A stretch of 64,000 nucleotides of DNA from Paraphysomonas bandaiensis (lineage: Eukaryota > Protista > Chrysophyceae), in NCBI GenBank assembly GCA_965644295.1, contig CBFFRP010000067.1, positions 62,001-126,000 of the forward strand, read 5' to 3'. Positions 38,092-50,986 of the stretch are shown one piece after another (position 1 is the stretch's first letter; each line of letters starts with the position of its first letter). The notes under the pieces were generated by a model, which saw nothing but the letters and a program-made list of their open reading frames with translations, had not been told where the DNA came from and did not search any database. Both the position numbers and the translations under genes were made by a program.

Positions 38092-38390
38092 TACAGCAGT
38101 ACACTACAGCAGTACACATACCACCCACTACGATTCGTACAGCAGTACACATACCACCACTACAGCAGTACACTACAGCAGTACACATACCACCCACTAC
38201 GATTCGTACAGCAGTACACATACCACCACTACAGCAGTACACACACCACCACTACAACAGTACATATGTACTTATACATACCACCACTACAACAGTACAT
38301 ATGTACATATACATACCACCACTGCAGCAGTACATATGCACATATACATATCCTGCACATATAGCAGCATACTGCAGTACATATCCCACA
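38092..38390. repeat. Minisatellite: 69-bp unit x2 plus decaying TACAGCAGTAC/ACATACCACCAC subunits
   Basis: Unit starts at 38092, 38161 and 38230. Confidence 0.88.
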
Positions 38391-38506
38391 TGTACATCAA
38401 CAGGGTGGATATGTTCAGGCAATAGAATTATGAGAGCCATCATAAACTAATAGCTTACAATTCATATAATATTTCCTTGAACTAAACTCCTACTCTCTCT
38501 TCTACT

Positions 38507-39550
38507 ATGAGTTCATTTATTCCTGGTTGCAATGATCTACCCGCTGATTTAAAGCATACATTGAATAGTGAAGCAGTCGAGAACGGTCTCTCTCATGTAA
38601 TATCTGCATTACTTGCTGCATGTCGTGAAATCGGGACAGTTATGAGAAATGGGCAGTTTTCACATGAAGAAGTTGGTACAACGAACTCATCTGGTGATGA
38701 TCAGCTGCATGTTGATATCGCTACAGAGGAGATTGTCTTTAATTACTTAAAATCTTCAGGTGGACACTAAATATCAAATACTTATGAATTTTATGAATAT
38801 GAATTAGGTGTTTGTATTGTGGCAGCTTCTGAAGAAACACCGGAGGAAATAGATTGTGGAGCTGAAAGTGGTTACTCGGTGGGCTTTGATCCACTGGATG
38901 GATCTTCCATTATCGATGCCAATTTCGCAGTTGGCACAATATGTGGAATCTGGCCTGGCAGAGGCCTCTTAAATCGCACTGGCCGGGAGCAGTCAGCTTC
39001 TATGATTGTGCAATATGGGCCTCGCGTAACGGCTATGGTGGCGATTAACAGGACTGCTACACAGAGTGGTGAACCAGTCTGCATGGAGCTGACAATGCTC
39101 CCAGACCACTGGATCATTACACACCACAAGGTACAAGTCGCTCCTAAATGCAAAACATTTGCACCTGGTAATTTAAGGGCTATTGGAGACAATGCAAACT
39201 ACAAGACCCTTGTGGATTATTGGATTCAATCAAAGTATACTTTGCGGTACAGCGGAGGGCTGGTCCCTGACGTGTATCACATATTGACTAAGGGCCAGGG
39301 CGTTCTATCAAACGCTGCTTCCCCATCAGCAAAGGCGAAATTGCGTCTCTTATTCGAGTGCGCCCCCGTTGCTCTTGTGGTGGAATGTGCTGGTGGATCG
39401 TCGAGCGTAGCTCCCTGTGAGGCTGGACAGGAAATGACACCCACGTCAATGCTGGATGTATCTGTCAGCTACTTGGATAAACGTGTCGGCGCATGTTTCG
39501 GATCAAAGGATGAAGTCGACAGGTTTCAATCCCACATTTTTTCTTCTTAG
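38507..39550 (+). CDS. Sedoheptulose-1,7-bisphosphatase (FBPase class I family), no targeting peptide, one intron
   Basis: GDDQLHVD, ASEE, FDPLDGSSIIDANFAVGTI, FAPGNLRA, YTLRYSGGLVPDV, AKLRLLFE. Confidence 0.88.
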
Positions 39551-40282
39551 AGTACACTTCCTGCAATACCTTGTAGTGTTGTCATTGTGTATATTTGGGC
39601 GATGTTATGGGTGAAACTTTCAATCATATGCCCCTTGCTTTCGGTGGACTGACTCAGATACAGTTCATAGCTAAATGAATATTAAAACAATGTTATCTTT
39701 AATAGCGCCAAAGCAGCTACTGAATACTAGATGTTTTTTTGAGGCAAACACTAACATGGATTCACCCCAGATATTGCAGTGGAAGTGTGTAGAAACAAAA
39801 ACCTCTACACTTGTAGAATGTAGAACTGCACACTGTACTACATTGTTTTATTACCTATTTGTAATCAAACTAAGTATGCTCTTTTATTATATTGCATACA
39901 CAATTGCGTGTTGTCATGTAGAAACATGTCAACAACAGAACAACATGATAACATATTTCGTTCGTGCTAACCATTGCTCAACTTCCGTATCTTGAATCGT
40001 CATGATACAATACTTCAGTTTCACAGTTATAGCTATAGAGTATCTTGGACTACGTATTACTGTTTTTTTACATTGTATTTAACGTATTCTACAGTACTGT
40101 CTTAGAGAAACATACGTAGTTCAACGTTCAACATGTTTCGACTCTTCGCACAGCCGCTACCACAGTCTGTATGTTGTCGACCAGTTTGTATGTGTGAGTC
40201 TATAGACCTCTAACTTTCTATGGGTATGTAAACAACGACACGATTGTGAAATGGTCTTTACATACTTATAATTATATAAATA

Positions 40283-42274
40283 TTACATGTCAGACACCGA
40301 CCATTTGTACTCATCCTCCTTAAGGGAACCCTTATCACTAATCTTCTTCAACAATTTAGTTTCAAATTGGTTACCCCTGTCAATCGCGTCCCATCTGTAC
40401 CCAGGACGGATATGGAACCGGTTGGGAGGTGGGGCTGGTCCCCGGTATATAGGTTTCGCTGGTTTTCCACTTTTCTTCACAACGTCTTTCTCTTTCTCTG
40501 CTTGCTTTGCAGCAAAGTACTCTGCCATCGGATCTCCGTCTCGAATTAACTGAACAGCAAATATACCCCATTAGAACTATTCTTACCATCTGAAGTAGTT
40601 CTGTACCTTTCGCTTGTGCTCTTCAAGTCTTGGATCATCGATAGTCCGAGCAAATGGTTCATTCGCAATGGCCTCCAACTCCCTGGCTGTCTCGGCTGCT
40701 GACTCCTTCTGAACAATCCCCTTTCCCCACTCAAATTGGGCTTTCTCCATTTTCACTTCCTAAAATATGCATATTACACCTCCGACAAGCCAAGTGGTGT
40801 AAATGGAACGGATATATACATCTTCAAGCCATTTCATTCTACTGATAAACACACAAATTAACACACCTTGCCATCACGAGCAGCCTGTTGTCTCATAAAC
40901 TCATTCAACATATCTAACTTCCTCCCTCTCTTGTCGCGATATACGGTCTCTGGTTGGCTTTGTCCTTTCGCTATACAATCCAATACAGATGAGGCGACTT
41001 CCACAACATATACATGCAAGCAGTTTGCAACTCCACATTACATCGTCCACAGAATGTAAGATCATACAGTGGTGTCAACATACTACGAAAAAATGTATAC
41101 CTGATTGTTTGAGTTCTTTATCCCGCTTCTCCTTCAAGTCGCGCTCCCTTTCACCGAAAGCAGATGCCGTCTGCAGTCCAGAACTGTGTCCCGAAGCCGT
41201 GGTTGATCGTTTCCCTAGTTCTCTAGCACGCCGAGGAGAGGCATCATTGTCACTATCATGCCTGCGGCGTCGAGGAGGAGAGGCATCATTATCACTATCG
41301 TGCCTGCGGCGTCGAGGAGGAGAGGCATCATTATCACTATCGTGCCTGCGACGCCGAGGAGGAGAGGCATCATTGTCACTATCATGCCTGCGGCGTCGAG
41401 GAGGAGAGGCATCATTGTCACTATCATGCCTGCGGCGTCGAGGAGGAGAGGCATTATTATCACTATCGTGCCTGCGGCGTCGAGGAGGAGAGGCATCATT
41501 GTCACTATCATGCCTACGACGCCGAGGAGGAGAGGCATCATCATTGTCACTATCATGCCTACGGCGCCGAGGAGGAGAGGCATCATTGTCACTATCATGC
41601 CTACGGCGTCGAGGAGGAGAGGCATCATTGTCACTATCGTGCCTACGACGCCGAGGAGGAGAGGCATCATTGTCACTATCGTGCCTACGACGCCGAGGAG
41701 GAGAGGCATCATTGTCACTATCATGTCTACGACGCCGAGGAGGAGAGGCATCATTGTCACTATCATGCCTACGGCGCCGAGGAGGAGAGGCATCATTGTC
41801 ACTATCATGCCTACGGCGTCGAGGAGGAGAGGCATCATTGTCACTATCATGTCTACGGCGCCGAGGAGGAGAGGCATCATTGTCACTATCATGTCTACGG
41901 CGCCGAGGAGGAGAGGCATCATTGTCACTATCATGTCTACGGCGCCGAGGAGGAGAGGCATCATTGTCACTATCATGTCTACTGTGGCGGTGAGAGGGCT
42001 TCTGATCGGAGTCATCTACAACTGTCCACTGTCCACGTACAACCTTATTATCACTATCCAACTCAACAGTAACAGGTCTATTCTCCTCCCCTTGTTCATC
42101 CCATGCCTGCTCTACAGCATCACTAGAGGGTACTAATGTATCCCAACTAATATCCTCATCTACTACTTTTAATCCCTTGTTCCCTTGTTGAGTTCGAGGC
42201 TTCTTACGTTTTTTCTTTGGTGCATCATCTGAGCTACTAGTGTATCTTTTCAAATAATCTAACTTTGAAGTCAT
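40283..42274 (-). CDS. BUD13: Pre-mRNA splicing factor BUD13/CWC26 (RES complex), spliced
   Basis: MTSKLDYLKRY start, RHDSD repeats, ETVYRDKRG, GDPMA, PPPNRFHIRPGYRWDAIDRGNQFE, YKWSVSDM end. Confidence 0.95.
41228..41982 (-). repeat. Coding 42-bp tandem repeat (~18 x RRRRHDSDNDASPP) within BUD13
   Basis: Counted from translation; variation is mostly synonymous. Confidence 0.95.
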
Positions 42275-42338
42275 GTTGGGTGTGTATGTATGTACTGTAA
42301 ATATGAAATGCACTTTACGCAATCTGCACCTCATTGGC

Positions 42339-43323
42339 ATGTATGTATGTATGTATGTATGTATGTATGTATGTATGTATGTATGTATGTATGTATGTAT
42401 GTATGTATGTATGTATGTATGTATGTATGTATGTATGTATGTATGTATGTATGTATGTATGTATGTATGTATGTATGTATGTATGTATGTATGTATGTAT
42501 GTATGTATGTATGTATGTATGTATGTATGTATGTATGTATGTATGTATGTATGTATGTATGTATGTATGTATGTATGTATGTATGTATGTATGTATGTAT
42601 GTATGTATGTATGTATGTATGTATGTATGTATGTATGTATGTATGTATGTATGTATGTATGTATGTATGTATGTATGTATGTATGTATGTATGTATGTAT
42701 GTATGTATGTATGTATGTATGTATGTATGTATGTATGTATGTATGTATGTATGTATGTATGTATGTATGTATGTATGTATGTATGTATGTATGTATGTAT
42801 GTATGTATGTATGTATGTATGTATGTATGTATGTATGTATGTATGTATGTATGTATGTATGTATGTATGTATGTATGTATGTATGTATGTATGTATGTAT
42901 GTATGTATGTATGTATGTATGTATGTATGTATGTATGTATGTATGTATGTATGTATGTATGTATGTATGTATGTATGTATGTATGTATGTATGTATGTAT
43001 GTATGTATGTATGTATGTATGTATGTATGTATGTATGTATGTATGTATGTATGTATGTATGTATGTATGTATGTATGTATGTATGTATGTATGTATGTAT
43101 GTATGTATGTATGTATGTATGTATGTATGTATGTATGTATGTATGTATGTATGTATGTATGTATGTATGTATGTATGTATGTATGTATGTATGTATGTAT
43201 GTATGTATGTATGTATGTATGTATGTATGTATGTATGTATGTATGTATGTATGTATGTATGTATGTATGTATGTATGTATGTATGTATGTATGTATGTAT
43301 GTATGTATGTATGTATGTATGTA
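42339..43323. repeat. ~985-bp perfect (TATG)n microsatellite
   Basis: Read directly from sequence. Confidence 0.99.
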
Positions 43324-43528
43324 CTCTAGGAATTCCTACAGTAGCAGTGTGTCTGTATTTGGATACGCATGAAAAGTTTTTGTCACATGGTTGTATACTG
43401 CTGTATATGTGCATATGGAGCGCTGTACTTTATCATCATTTGCATCCCATTTCACTTCATTCAAGTTCAGCACATGCACTCCTCTCATCACAGTTCCTAT
43501 AATCATAACTATAAACTAAAATAAACAT

Positions 43529-45034
43529 ATGGGAAAACTTAGTAGTAATGTAGATGTAACTGAGAAGAGGAGAAAGGATCCTTCATTAGGGGCTTTCGTT
43601 ACTCTGATGACGTATGCCAGCTATGCCATATTAATAATATTTGGCCACTTTAGAGATTTCTTTGGGGCAATTACAGGGATATCACGATATCCAGGTGCAA
43701 AACCACGTAAAGGATACTCTGTTTTATTGAAATCATGGGAGAATTTCTATACCCGTCGACTGTATCACCGGATACAAGATTGTTGGAACAGACCCATCAA
43801 ATCATCTCCTAGTGCTTATATAGAAGTGATGGAACGAACATCTGTAGATGATAATTGTACTTTGCAGTTGTCGGGAAAGAGCACGAAAGTATTGAATATG
43901 GGATCATACAATTATCTTGGGTTTGCGGATAATTGGGAAGAATCATGCGGAAGCAATGTATTGGGAGCTCTGAAGGCATGGCCCACTAGTATGTCGTCTT
44001 CTCGAGCAGATTTTGGCTCATATTGTATTATACATGAGTTAGAAGATTTTCTTGGGAGGTTTTTAGGGAAGGAGTCTGTGCTTGTCTATTCGATGGGATA
44101 TGGCACCAACAGCAACACTATTCCTGCCCTTATGGGCCCGGGCTCCCTTATTATATCCGATTCTCTCAATCACACATCTCTGGTAAACGGCTCACGTGGA
44201 TCAGGTGCAATGATTCGTGTTTTCCGGCATAATGAGCCAGAGCATCTGGAGGAAGTTCTGCATGAATCTATTATAAATGGGCAACCACGTCATCATCGAG
44301 CTTGGAAGAAGATCCTGGTAATGGTGGAGGGAATATACTCCATGGAAGGCGCCATCTGTCGCCTCAAGGAGATTGTAGCTGTGTGCAAAAAGTACAAAGC
44401 TTATGTGTACGTGGACGAGGCGCATTCTATCGGTGCGCTGGGGGCCACTGGGCGTGGAGTTGCTGAGCATTGTGGGGTGAATCCAGACGACATAGATATC
44501 ATGATGGGTACCTTCTCTAAATCGTTTGGTGGGATGGGGGGATATATTGCGTCCTCCTCTCGAATTATAGACTCAATTCGAGCACAGTCAAACGGGATAT
44601 TGTATCATAACTCTCTCTCTCCAATTGTGTGTGAGCAGGTGCTGACTGCCTTACGAATTATTGCTTCGCCTGACAAGAATGGACTCGGTCAACGAAAGAT
44701 CCGACAGCTGAAGGAAAATTGCAATTTCTTTCGAAGTGAGATGGAACGTATCGGTTTGCACACTTATGGGGATATCGACTCACCAATAATCCCAGTCATG
44801 ATTTACTTTCCTGCTAAGATTGCAGCTTTTTCCCGTGAGTGTCTCAAGCGAGGCATAGCTGTTGTGGTGGTTGGATTCCCTGCCACTTCTGTGGTACTTT
44901 CACGTGTAAGATTTTGCATATCTGCAAGTCATACGCGGGAAGATTTAGAAAAAGCTGTCGCTGTAATAGATGAAGTTACTGAGCTATTGTGCATGAAATA
45001 TAACAAAAATTTTATAGGTGCAACTTCACTTTAA
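43529..45034 (+). CDS. LCB2: Serine palmitoyltransferase catalytic subunit (LCB2/SPT2)
   Basis: FYTRRLYHRIQDCWNRP, NMGSYNYLGF, DSLNHTS, EGIYSMEG, DEAHSIG, GTFSKSFG (PLP Lys), RVRFCISA. Confidence 0.96.
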   Translation: MGKLSSNVDVTEKRRKDPSLGAFVTLMTYASYAILIIFGHFRDFFGAITGISRYPGAKPRKGYSVLLKSWENFYTRRLYHRIQDCWNRPIKSSPSAYIEVMERTSVDDNCTLQLSGKSTKVLNMGSYNYLGFADNWEESCGSNVLGALKAWPTSMSSSRADFGSYCIIHELEDFLGRFLGKESVLVYSMGYGTNSNTIPALMGPGSLIISDSLNHTSLVNGSRGSGAMIRVFRHNEPEHLEEVLHESIINGQPRHHRAWKKILVMVEGIYSMEGAICRLKEIVAVCKKYKAYVYVDEAHSIGALGATGRGVAEHCGVNPDDIDIMMGTFSKSFGGMGGYIASSSRIIDSIRAQSNGILYHNSLSPIVCEQVLTALRIIASPDKNGLGQRKIRQLKENCNFFRSEMERIGLHTYGDIDSPIIPVMIYFPAKIAAFSRECLKRGIAVVVVGFPATSVVLSRVRFCISASHTREDLEKAVAVIDEVTELLCMKYNKNFIGATSL

Positions 45035-46854
45035 ACTTCCAATATGAGACGTGTTTTAAGTCATTTTTTCACTTACACGTTACAGTTTCATTTCATAATG
45101 CCATTTTTATTGATATAGCATTTAAGTAATTAATAATGTTGTCTGTGAAACTTATTTTCTTTATTATTACTTTTAGATTCTTAGGAGCTGGCAGTTTCGC
45201 CGGTTGTATGTTGTGCGCTATTTTAACACCCCTATTCAGAAATTGTAACTAATGGAAGCAAGAAGAAAGGCCAGTTCCATTGTCTGTGATGAAGCATATG
45301 TTGAGCGTCCAATTCGTTTACAAGGACGGCATATTTGCCTTCTACATTACGGTATCATCTTAGATTTCATCACTTCCCTGCTTTGTAATGTACTCTCTTG
45401 CTTTATTCGAATACTATATACTATCAAAGCATGTGTTCGCTGTATAGTAGATTATAACTATATATAACTATGATATACCGAACAATTACACACGTCTATA
45501 TAGAGAGTATAGAGTACATAAGTAGTGTTTTAACATAGAGTAGAATAATAATACATAATACAATAAATGTGTCGAGCATATCCCGAAATTTGTTCTGGCA
45601 AAATGGAAGATGAAATATAATCGGAAAGTAATTTACATTATATTTTAGTTTAAAAGCACACCCAGAAGTCAAAACTATCAACTTTTCTAGTTAGCATTAA
45701 AACAATAAAACTACGCTTGAGTGTACATTTCTAGAATTAGAGGTTTCACTGATCTAACCTTGCCCTACACGTGAACCTTAACATTGCTTTGTTGTACACA
45801 ATACACTTTCAAGTAAGAATTATAATTATTATTCTAAACATTTCACAACATGCTAATGTGACATCTGGTGAACATCTGTTCTCAACAACATCTGTTTATT
45901 GTATGTTCACCCCAGTCACTCCTATGTCCTACCTAGTCACACATTTACTTTCTTTACCAGGGCCAGGTAAACGTATAATGGATTGCAGTCTTATTTGCAT
46001 TATGTACTAGTTGCTGCATTATTGTTATGGGGTTTTCATCATCATGTTGTAACCTCTACTAACCCGTTACTATCGATTGAGCTAATTTTTCTTCTTAGCG
46101 CCCAATTTATATCAATATATTGCAATGTATTTATTAATTATTATTGGTCTTTATATTTATCATATTATATTATATTTATCGTCATTATTTTTGCTGGCAA
46201 TATATTGCAATATATTGTCATCGCCCCCTGCCCGTTACATCTATGAGCTGATTTCACCTATAGCACACTATTAACTCACTTGAATTGCACAATCTATATC
46301 ACATCGTACTGCAGAACTGAACATGTGGTGACATTCCCCTATATGTACTCGTGTGTAAGTTGTTAGAAAACAGTAACACAAACTGATAGTGAATACTCAC
46401 CATAATCTATGACAACAATTTGACTATATCCAATACTCGTCGAGACAATGCAAACCAGGTCCACCACAATAAATTAAAATGCGGATGGCTTCTTACATCA
46501 GTAAAAGATTTTAGAGGCGTTGACAAAACGCCAATTTACATTCGGTACAGTCAGCCATCGCTTGAGAGGCATGCATTACTTATGCCATTTAATCAAAGAG
46601 CGTCAAAAGTAATTATATAATCACGCTCTCGTTTGACAACATCATCTGCGTTCAGAAATTGAAGAAGAACGGTTGACATTGAAGTATCAATAAATGGTTA
46701 GTTTTCATTTATTCACGGCATAAGCAAAACATCAATTCTAAATTCATACTGCTATAAACCTGATTAAATCGAAATCTACTATGGTGTCACTATTATCAAG
46801 GAGATAATCACACCACACATGCTAGGTTATAGCAAAACTCAAACAAAGAACTGT

Positions 46855-48725
46855 CTAGTTCTTTATAAACCTTAAACCTAAGTAGGCAATAATTCTTGTA
46901 ACAACGATGTAAAGAAAAAGATATCCTGCGAGGGAGCTGATATCATATTGGTCATAGCCCTTCTGGTCCATTATAGTTTGGCCAGATGATATGCAAGATC
47001 CTGCATCGATTTCGTCTTGTGTACACGAAAGCTCAAGGTCTTGGAGCTCATTGATGGCGATCCCAACATAAGCGTACTTAATATAGCTCAGTCGATCTGC
47101 AAATTTCCAATCGGGATAGTCTTTTAGTTGAGCAGGTGATGTGAAGAAACCACCATAAAGGCGACACATCTCGAAAACACCAGCGAGGATGATGGTACTG
47201 CGCTCGATACTCACAAACAAGCAGGTGACTGTGCAAAAAAAAATTAGCATATACACCAAGAAAAGCACAACAAGATATTCGTACCAGCGGTGGCTATGCT
47301 TGTTGCGGCAAAAGTGTCAAGAATCATGAACATCATGTAGATGAAGAACTTCCTCGACACAGGTTCATAGCCAACCTCTGGGTATACCAGACAAGTAAAG
47401 ATAATAGGAGACCACAGCTGTGTGATAATATCTGTCACCGTTTTCGCAGCGAAGTAGGACGAAACAAAATAGGCACCGTTTGCTCTCTCGCGAAGTATCA
47501 GAGCACGCTCTCCTGGGAATGAATTTACGCTCTGAAGAGAGGCAAGTATGCCCTGTGACACGGCAGCAAAGAAGAGGGATGGTAGGCGAGTCTGGATACT
47601 CTGCTGATCAGTTCCAATATCATTCCAGATTCCCTGAGAAATAAAGGTACCAATAAGAAGAGTCACAGCCAGATTCATAAATATCACGTCGCGGTTGCGA
47701 ATATACTGTTGCAAATTCCTTCCACAGAGAATTAAAAACTGGTCGATCCAACTACGACTGGTCTCGATGTTATCGTCGTAGAAGTTAATATTAATACCCA
47801 GGGTAAGGTCGATTGGAACAGTAAGAACTTGGCCCTCGTGGGCATTATCTTCACGTGGGGTAATGACTTCCAGAAAGTGGTCGGCTGGGTTGGTACCAGC
47901 CGGTAGAGGGTGCCCCAGGTTCTCCATGAAGCGAATACACTTAAATGCAGACCCTTGGTAAAAAACAGTCCCCTTCTTCATTAAAATTAGGTTATCGAAG
48001 AGTTCGAATATCTTCTGCTGAGGTTGATGAATCGTGCAAATTACAGTGCACTCACCCATATCTGAAAGTCTTTTAAGGGCAGTACAAAGCTTCAGAGAAG
48101 TGGAGCTGTCGAGACCAGAAGTCATTTCATCGAGAAAGAGAAGCTTTGGCTTCCGGAGGAGTTCAACAGCAACACATACCCTCTTACGCTCTCCCCCAGA
48201 AATACCTTTGCGTCTGGTATCACCAATGATGACATCTCTACAGTGCTCGATTCCCATCATTTTCATGACCTCCTCGATTCTAGTTTGCCTCTCGGCGTTG
48301 GTCATGTCCACAAGACGCAGCTGTGCTGCATATGATAGAGTCTCATACACAGTCAACTCCGCATGCAACAAGTCGTCTTGCATAACATATGCGGAAACTG
48401 CTTTTAGTATTTTCTTTGAGTATTCTGTACCGTTAAGATGCATCGTTCCCTGTATATCCATATACTTCCTATCCAACCGGAGGGACAAAGTAGACAGAAG
48501 TGTAGTTTTACCACCTCCTGATGCTCCCATGATCGCCCAAAACCCACCTGTAATCTGACCACTGACATTATTCAATAGAATCTTCTCTGGTCTGGTTTTT
48601 GTTTTAACAGTTAAATGATCGAATGTCAATAGAGTGGGAGCGTTTTCATTAAACACTGGAGAGTATGTGTCATTCCTTTCAGGAGATAGCATTTGGATTT
48701 CAACATCATCACCATCGGCAGCCAT
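46855..48725 (-). CDS. ABCG half-size transporter (White-like), one intron
   Basis: GASGGGKTT, ISGGERKR, LFLDE, CTIHQP, NPAD, RERANG..Y, N-terminal NBD then TMD. Confidence 0.95.
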
Positions 48726-48848
48726 TTGGAACTTCTATCTCGTGAATGTAGTTAAATATGAGGCTATATAGAATCTATTTCTAGTGTCCAACTATGATAC
48801 CACACACACATATGGTCACAGCACTCATATCCCATCTGTTTTTTCCAA

Positions 48849-49197
48849 CGTATCGGCAGTCAGCATCTTATTATTCGGAAATAAGTTGAAGCAAAAATCT
48901 TCTATAGCACCTACATATATCTACAGCTGGAATACAGATAGTTGTTGTCTCAATATTAGAGGCATCTTTGAACAAAAATACACAAGGATGCCAATACGAA
49001 TACCTGTGGACACAAGCATTGTCATATGGGTTCAAGTCATCTGTCGAAAACTTTTTCAGTTTTTGCTTGAATACCCACACTGGATATGATATCTTCAATA
49101 TTTTCAGTTTTGGACGGTTGAAGATATGCATGGGATAATGATCGGTGTGTAAATGATACACGCGGCATTTTTCTAGATCACTGCACGAAGGTTGCAT
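48849..49197 (-). pseudogene. Paralogous fragment of the decayed gene at ~10.6-10.8 kb
   Basis: 48849-48985 aligns by eye with 10628-10764 (CGTATCGGCAGTCAGCATCTTATT...GAACAAAAATA). Confidence 0.65.
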
Positions 49198-49268
49198 TGC
49201 AAGTAATATCTACTTGTTATCAGATTTAGCTATTGGTTGCAAAGTCGTTTATCAACAGCTCTCCTACC

Positions 49269-50508
49269 ATGATCTACCACTACCTTACCGCTGCACTGTC
49301 ATTTGCGGCATGTGCATCTGCTAAGATTTACTTCAAAGAGGATTTCAATGATGCAGACTGGAAATCTCGCTGGACGGTTCCATCCACCTGGAAACCTGAG
49401 GTATACACATGCTTGCAAGTATTTATGATAGATGAATGATATATTTTGACAGAGTGAAATGGGAGAATGGAGCTGGACTGCAGGAGAGTGGTACGGTGAT
49501 GCCAATGATAAGGGTATCCAGACCTCTGAGGACGCTCGCTTCTATGGCATCTCCGCCAAATTGAACGAGCCATTTACCAATGATGAAAAGGAGATGGTTC
49601 TCCAGATGTCTGTTAAGCACGAGCAGAAACTTGATTGTGGTGGTGCTTACATTAAGCTTCTTGGTGATATGGATCAGTCATCTTTCGGAGGCGACACCCC
49701 TTACCAGGTCATGTTTGGCCCCGATGTCTGCGGCTCAAGCAATAGAAAGACCCACGTCATATTCAACTACCCTCCCAAGGATGATAACCTTCTCATTAAG
49801 GAGCAGGTGAAGTGTGAGACGGATCAGAAGAGCCACTTGTACACTCTTGTTGTCAGACCCGATCACACATTTGAGGTGTTGATTGACATGAAGTCTGTCC
49901 GTCAAGGCACCCTTGAGGACAACTGGGACTTCCTTGAGCCCAAGGAGATCAAGGATCCTAACGAATCTAAGCCTGCCGATTGGGTAGACGCCAAGAAGAT
50001 TCCTGACCCTGAGGACGTCAAGCCTGAGGGCTATGATGACATTCCCGCCGAGATCCCTGATCCTGATGCCGAGATGCCTGAGGACTGGGACGAGGAGGAG
50101 GATGGTGCCTGGGAGGCCCCCATGATCGATAACCCCGAATACAAGGGACCCTGGAAGCCTAGAATGATCGATAACCCTGAATACAAGGGTGAGTGGAAGC
50201 ACCCAATGATCCCTAACCCTGATTACGTCGAGGACCCCAACCTGCATGTGCGATGCAAGGACTGCACTCATATTGGTTTCGAGCTCTGGCAAGTCACCGC
50301 TGGTACCTTGTTTGATGATATCATTCTCACCGACTCTCTTGAGGAGGCTAAGGCTTACGCTGATGCCACTTTCTTTAAGAAGATTGACGGCGAGAAGGAG
50401 ATGTTCGATGAGATTGAGGAGAAGAAGAGGGAAGAGGCTGCCAGAGTCGCTGAGGAGAACAAGGCTGTTGAAGAGGAGGACGAGTACGAGGATCACGATG
50501 AGCTATAA
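49269..50508 (+). CDS. CALR: Calreticulin, one intron
   Basis: Signal peptide, KHEQKLDCGGAYIK, MFGPDVCG, P-domain repeats, acidic tail ending HDEL. Confidence 0.98.
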
Positions 50509-50986
50509 GTGGGTCTTGTATATGAGCTTGTTTATCACAAATAGTTAAGAGAACAAGGTTTGATCTGCGTAGAAAATAGATTCATTTCAGTGATGCATTG
50601 TTCATCTGATGTTTGGAGATAAATAATATAATATTATAGTGACAGTTATATGGTGTGAGCAGTAATATTCTGAGTCATTGGCTTACTACCCAAGTAGTAA
50701 TGATGTGTATAGTTGGCGTAGGTGTTGTGGTTGTAGTACCTGTTGGCAATGGTATGAGGTTTACGATTTAGATACGTGATGCGATTAGTGTAGTCCGAGC
50801 GCGTAGCATCCCAAAGTCATGATATACGGATTATTTTAGTGTTGGGTTAGTGCTATTTATCAATTGTTTTCATCTTCACTTTCTACTCAGAAAAATGCTT
50901 CAAGCATAGGTGATAAAATATTTATGTTTACTACGAAATCAACATAGAACATGGTATAGAGTAGAATAGATATCAACTAACAAATA

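Noticed and set aside
38064-38450. His/Thr/Tyr-rich ORFs
   Set aside because: Translation of the minisatellite
40989-42136. Antisense/alternative-frame repeat ORFs and CRISPR-like appearance of the 42-bp array
   Set aside because: Head-to-tail coding repeat of BUD13 with no unique spacers; eukaryotic context and no cas genes
42273-43502. Long MYVC/HTYI-repeat ORFs, including the 779-aa extension of BUD13
   Set aside because: Artefacts of the stop-free (TATG)n tract; the conserved BUD13 start is at 42274
45983-46246. Hydrophobic 87-aa ORF
   Set aside because: AT-rich low-complexity sequence with a non-ATG start and no motif support
49735-50496. 253-aa antisense ORF over calreticulin, and similar shadow ORFs over NOG1, ABCG and pol
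   Set aside because: Expected from codon bias on the opposite strand; no recognisable motifs
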